From a virus, in IMG/VR virus record IMGVR_UViG_3300020048_000018, positions 32,001 through 96,000 of that record: 64,000 nucleotides of DNA; one strand, given 5' to 3'. This document shows positions 62,061 through 64,000 of this stretch, piece after piece. Both the position numbers and the translations under genes were made by a program. The notes under the pieces were generated by a model. That model was not told where the DNA came from, searched no databases, and saw only the letters and a list, made by a program, of their open reading frames with translations. Each line of letters opens with the position of its first letter. Position 1 is the stretch's first letter.

Positions 62061-62084
62061 TTTAATAGCTACAGGAGATTTATT

Positions 62085-63116
62085 ATGAATGAAAACGATT
62101 CCCTTCCTAACTTGGAAGTTGACAAAGTTGCTTTAAATAAAGTAGAACATGAGGGACGTTCTGCTACCCACTATGGTACATGCCAAGCTTGTATGAGACA
62201 ACAGAAGGCACCGGGTGGGGTCTTGGCTAAACATGGTTATGTAGTGGCTAAGTATGGTTTTTTTGTTGGAACTTGTCCGGGTTCTGGACAACTACCTTTT
62301 GAGGTCTCCTGTGATTATATCATAAGTAGAATAATTCCTGCACTATATACCCAAATTGACTGGATTACAAAAGAACAAGAAAAACCTTTCCCCCAATTTC
62401 CCCGAGTGGCTTTTTGGGATACAGTTCATCGGTATACCACCGAAGCAACTGTAGTTAAAAGTGACCTTGGGAAAACTGTTTTAGTTGATGATAAGGGTGA
62501 ATTACTAAAGTACAAACATAATGTAGGCTATGCAGGATTGCTTGTAGCACATGGAGAGATGAAAAAGACTTTAGCCTATTCGCTACAGAATCTCCTTAAT
62601 AGTACGAAGGGTAACTTAAAAGAATGTGAACATATGGTTGATACTTGGAAAGAACAACCCCTTAAAAAGATTTTGAACTCCGAAGAACTTTATGCCAAAA
62701 AATTGGAAAAACCTCTATCATCTTCTGAAAAGGATTGTTTTTTAAGCCTCCTTCTTGTGAGAAAATCCTTTTCTTTCAACCTAAGGAAGCCTCTTACCTC
62801 CGCAGAAAAGTCTAGACAAAGGGTTTTAGAAAAATTAAGAAGTCTTGGTGCGGTTCTTCATTCAATTGATAATAACTCCTCAGAGTATTCTCTTAATCCT
62901 AGCTATGTCCCCACAAAAGAAATGCTTACACCTAATTTTGATACTAAGACACAAGAAAAAGTATGGGAAGCAGTTAAAACTGGGGTTTTTGTCCCCAACT
63001 ACAAAGTAGATGATTTTGATCCAAAGTTTGAGGTAGTTGAAAGATTCCTAAGACATAAGTTTTTTGTAGGAACCTACGAAAAACCAGAAATTAACCCAAA
63101 ATTGCTGAGTTTTTAA
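62085..63116 (+). CDS. Hypothetical phage protein with Zn-binding N-terminus
   Basis: GTCQAC...HGY...GTCPGS; SD AGGAG. Confidence 0.7.
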   Translation: MNENDSLPNLEVDKVALNKVEHEGRSATHYGTCQACMRQQKAPGGVLAKHGYVVAKYGFFVGTCPGSGQLPFEVSCDYIISRIIPALYTQIDWITKEQEKPFPQFPRVAFWDTVHRYTTEATVVKSDLGKTVLVDDKGELLKYKHNVGYAGLLVAHGEMKKTLAYSLQNLLNSTKGNLKECEHMVDTWKEQPLKKILNSEELYAKKLEKPLSSSEKDCFLSLLLVRKSFSFNLRKPLTSAEKSRQRVLEKLRSLGAVLHSIDNNSSEYSLNPSYVPTKEMLTPNFDTKTQEKVWEAVKTGVFVPNYKVDDFDPKFEVVERFLRHKFFVGTYEKPEINPKLLSF

Positions 63117-63551
63117 AATAAAACTTAAATTAAGTGAAAAAGTTTTGAACTTTTCCTAAATATCCTATATATTATATATGTAAGCCTATAGGAAGAACTT
63201 AGGAGGAATATATGTTACAAGAAAACGTGATTAAAGCCGGTCAGGAAATAGCAAATGACCTTATGGATGCTCATGTATCTAAAACTATGGGAAATCTGGG
63301 AGGTCATGTCATAAGAAGTGTGTCGGACTACAATAATAGTGATCTTATTCAGAAATATCTAGACGACGAAATTTGCAGTGTCGAAGCAATTTACCTAGCA
63401 ATGAAACGTGCGGAGGATGTAAGCAGATAGGTTTAGTGTATGATAGGGCGTAGCCATGCAACCAACAAAAGAAAATATTAAAATAAAACTTAAATTAGGT
63501 GAAAAGTTTTGAACTTTTCCTAAATATCCTATATATTATATATGTAAGCTA
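63115..63551 (+). repeat. ~75-bp near-identical direct repeats containing promoter copies 16 (63139-63184) and 17 (63502-63547)
   Basis: AAAATAAA(A)CTTAAATTA(A/G)GTGAAAA(A)GTTTTGAACTTTTCCTAAATATCCTATATATTATATATGTAAGC twice. Confidence 0.92.
63212..63430 (+). CDS. Hypothetical protein flanked by promoter repeats
   Basis: 72 aa, SD AGGAGG. Confidence 0.75.
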   Translation: MLQENVIKAGQEIANDLMDAHVSKTMGNLGGHVIRSVSDYNNSDLIQKYLDDEICSVEAIYLAMKRAEDVSR

Positions 63552-63564
63552 TAAAGGAGCCAAA

Positions 63565-64000
63565 AATGGCAAGTCAAATCTTAGAGAATGATTCAATGTT
63601 TTCAGCACACGGGATTCGCCCTTGGCATGGTCTTGGTACCGTAATTGATGATGCACCATCTTCTGAAGATGCAATTCGTATTGCAGGTCTTGACTGGAGC
63701 ATCGAACAAGTCCAGATTTATGCAGGAACCAAAGAAGTTGATGGCTACTTTGGAAACGTTCGCTCTGACACCAAAGAGTGTGTTGGAATCATCACCGATA
63801 AATACAAGATCGTCCAGAACTCCGAAGCTTTTTCTTTCGTGGATGATATCATGGCACAGAAAGACCTTCCCTGCAAGTACGAAACCGCAGGAAGTCTCTT
63901 TAACGGTCGCCGTGTTTGGATGTTGGTTGAAATGCCCACCCGAACACTTCTTGGAGATGAAGTAAAGAATTATCTTTGGGTATCCAATTCCCATGATGGT
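63565..64000 (+). CDS. DUF932/DUF945 phage/plasmid-like protein (runs off window)
   Basis: PWHGLG, AGLDW, VRSDT, YKIVQNSEAF, YETAGSLFNGRRVW, NSHDG; no stop before window end so absent from ORF track. Confidence 0.9.

Noticed and set aside
308-63547. CRISPR array or REP-like repeat interpretation of the 17 repeats
   Set aside because: Copies are kilobases apart, have fixed -35/-10 spacing and precede SD/start codons
547-63994. Minus-strand and out-of-frame ORFs nested in long genes (e.g. 674-1066, 15150-15602, 35997-36452, 59984-60538, 63602-63994)
   Set aside because: Shadow ORFs of motif-bearing + strand genes; no SD or recognisable motifs
1-64000. Stop-codon reassignment
   Set aside because: Conserved enzymes are full length in code 11; TAG and TGA end genes cleanly next to following starts; no suppressor tRNA seen

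Overview
AT-rich, gene-dense segment of a large (probably jumbo) lytic phage genome; several genes point to a spirochaete-like host (inference). Almost all genes are on the + strand and no virion genes are recognisable. The window holds many small hypothetical genes plus: tRNA/RNA repair enzymes (HD-type CCA-adding enzyme, Thg1-like protein, T4 Rnl1-like and DRB0094-like RNA ligases, PNK-like kinase, HAD and calcineurin-like phosphatases); DNA and nucleotide metabolism (5'-3' exonuclease, ThyX, NAD-dependent ligase); NAD salvage (PncA, PncB); a XpaC-TelA-SBP/OmpA-vWA cluster; a PncA-vWA-PP2C-kinase (TerY-P-like) cluster; two free-standing homing endonucleases; and a kinase-less REC-PAS-PAS protein. 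One canonical tRNA-Cys and two aberrant tRNA-like RNAs are present. A sigma70-like promoter (TTGAAC-N17-TATATT, each hexamer inside its own palindrome) occurs 17 times, often right after a terminator. Best candidates for new biology: a ~150-nt tRNA-Ser(GGA)-like RNA with two T-arms in front of the CCA enzyme; the only minus-strand operon (two stand-alone 7TM-like proteins plus a bitopic partner); PncA+PncB as a possible NAD reconstitution route; and a 59-aa hyper-acidic peptide missed by the ORF track. All family assignments come from motif recognition by eye; no searches were run.
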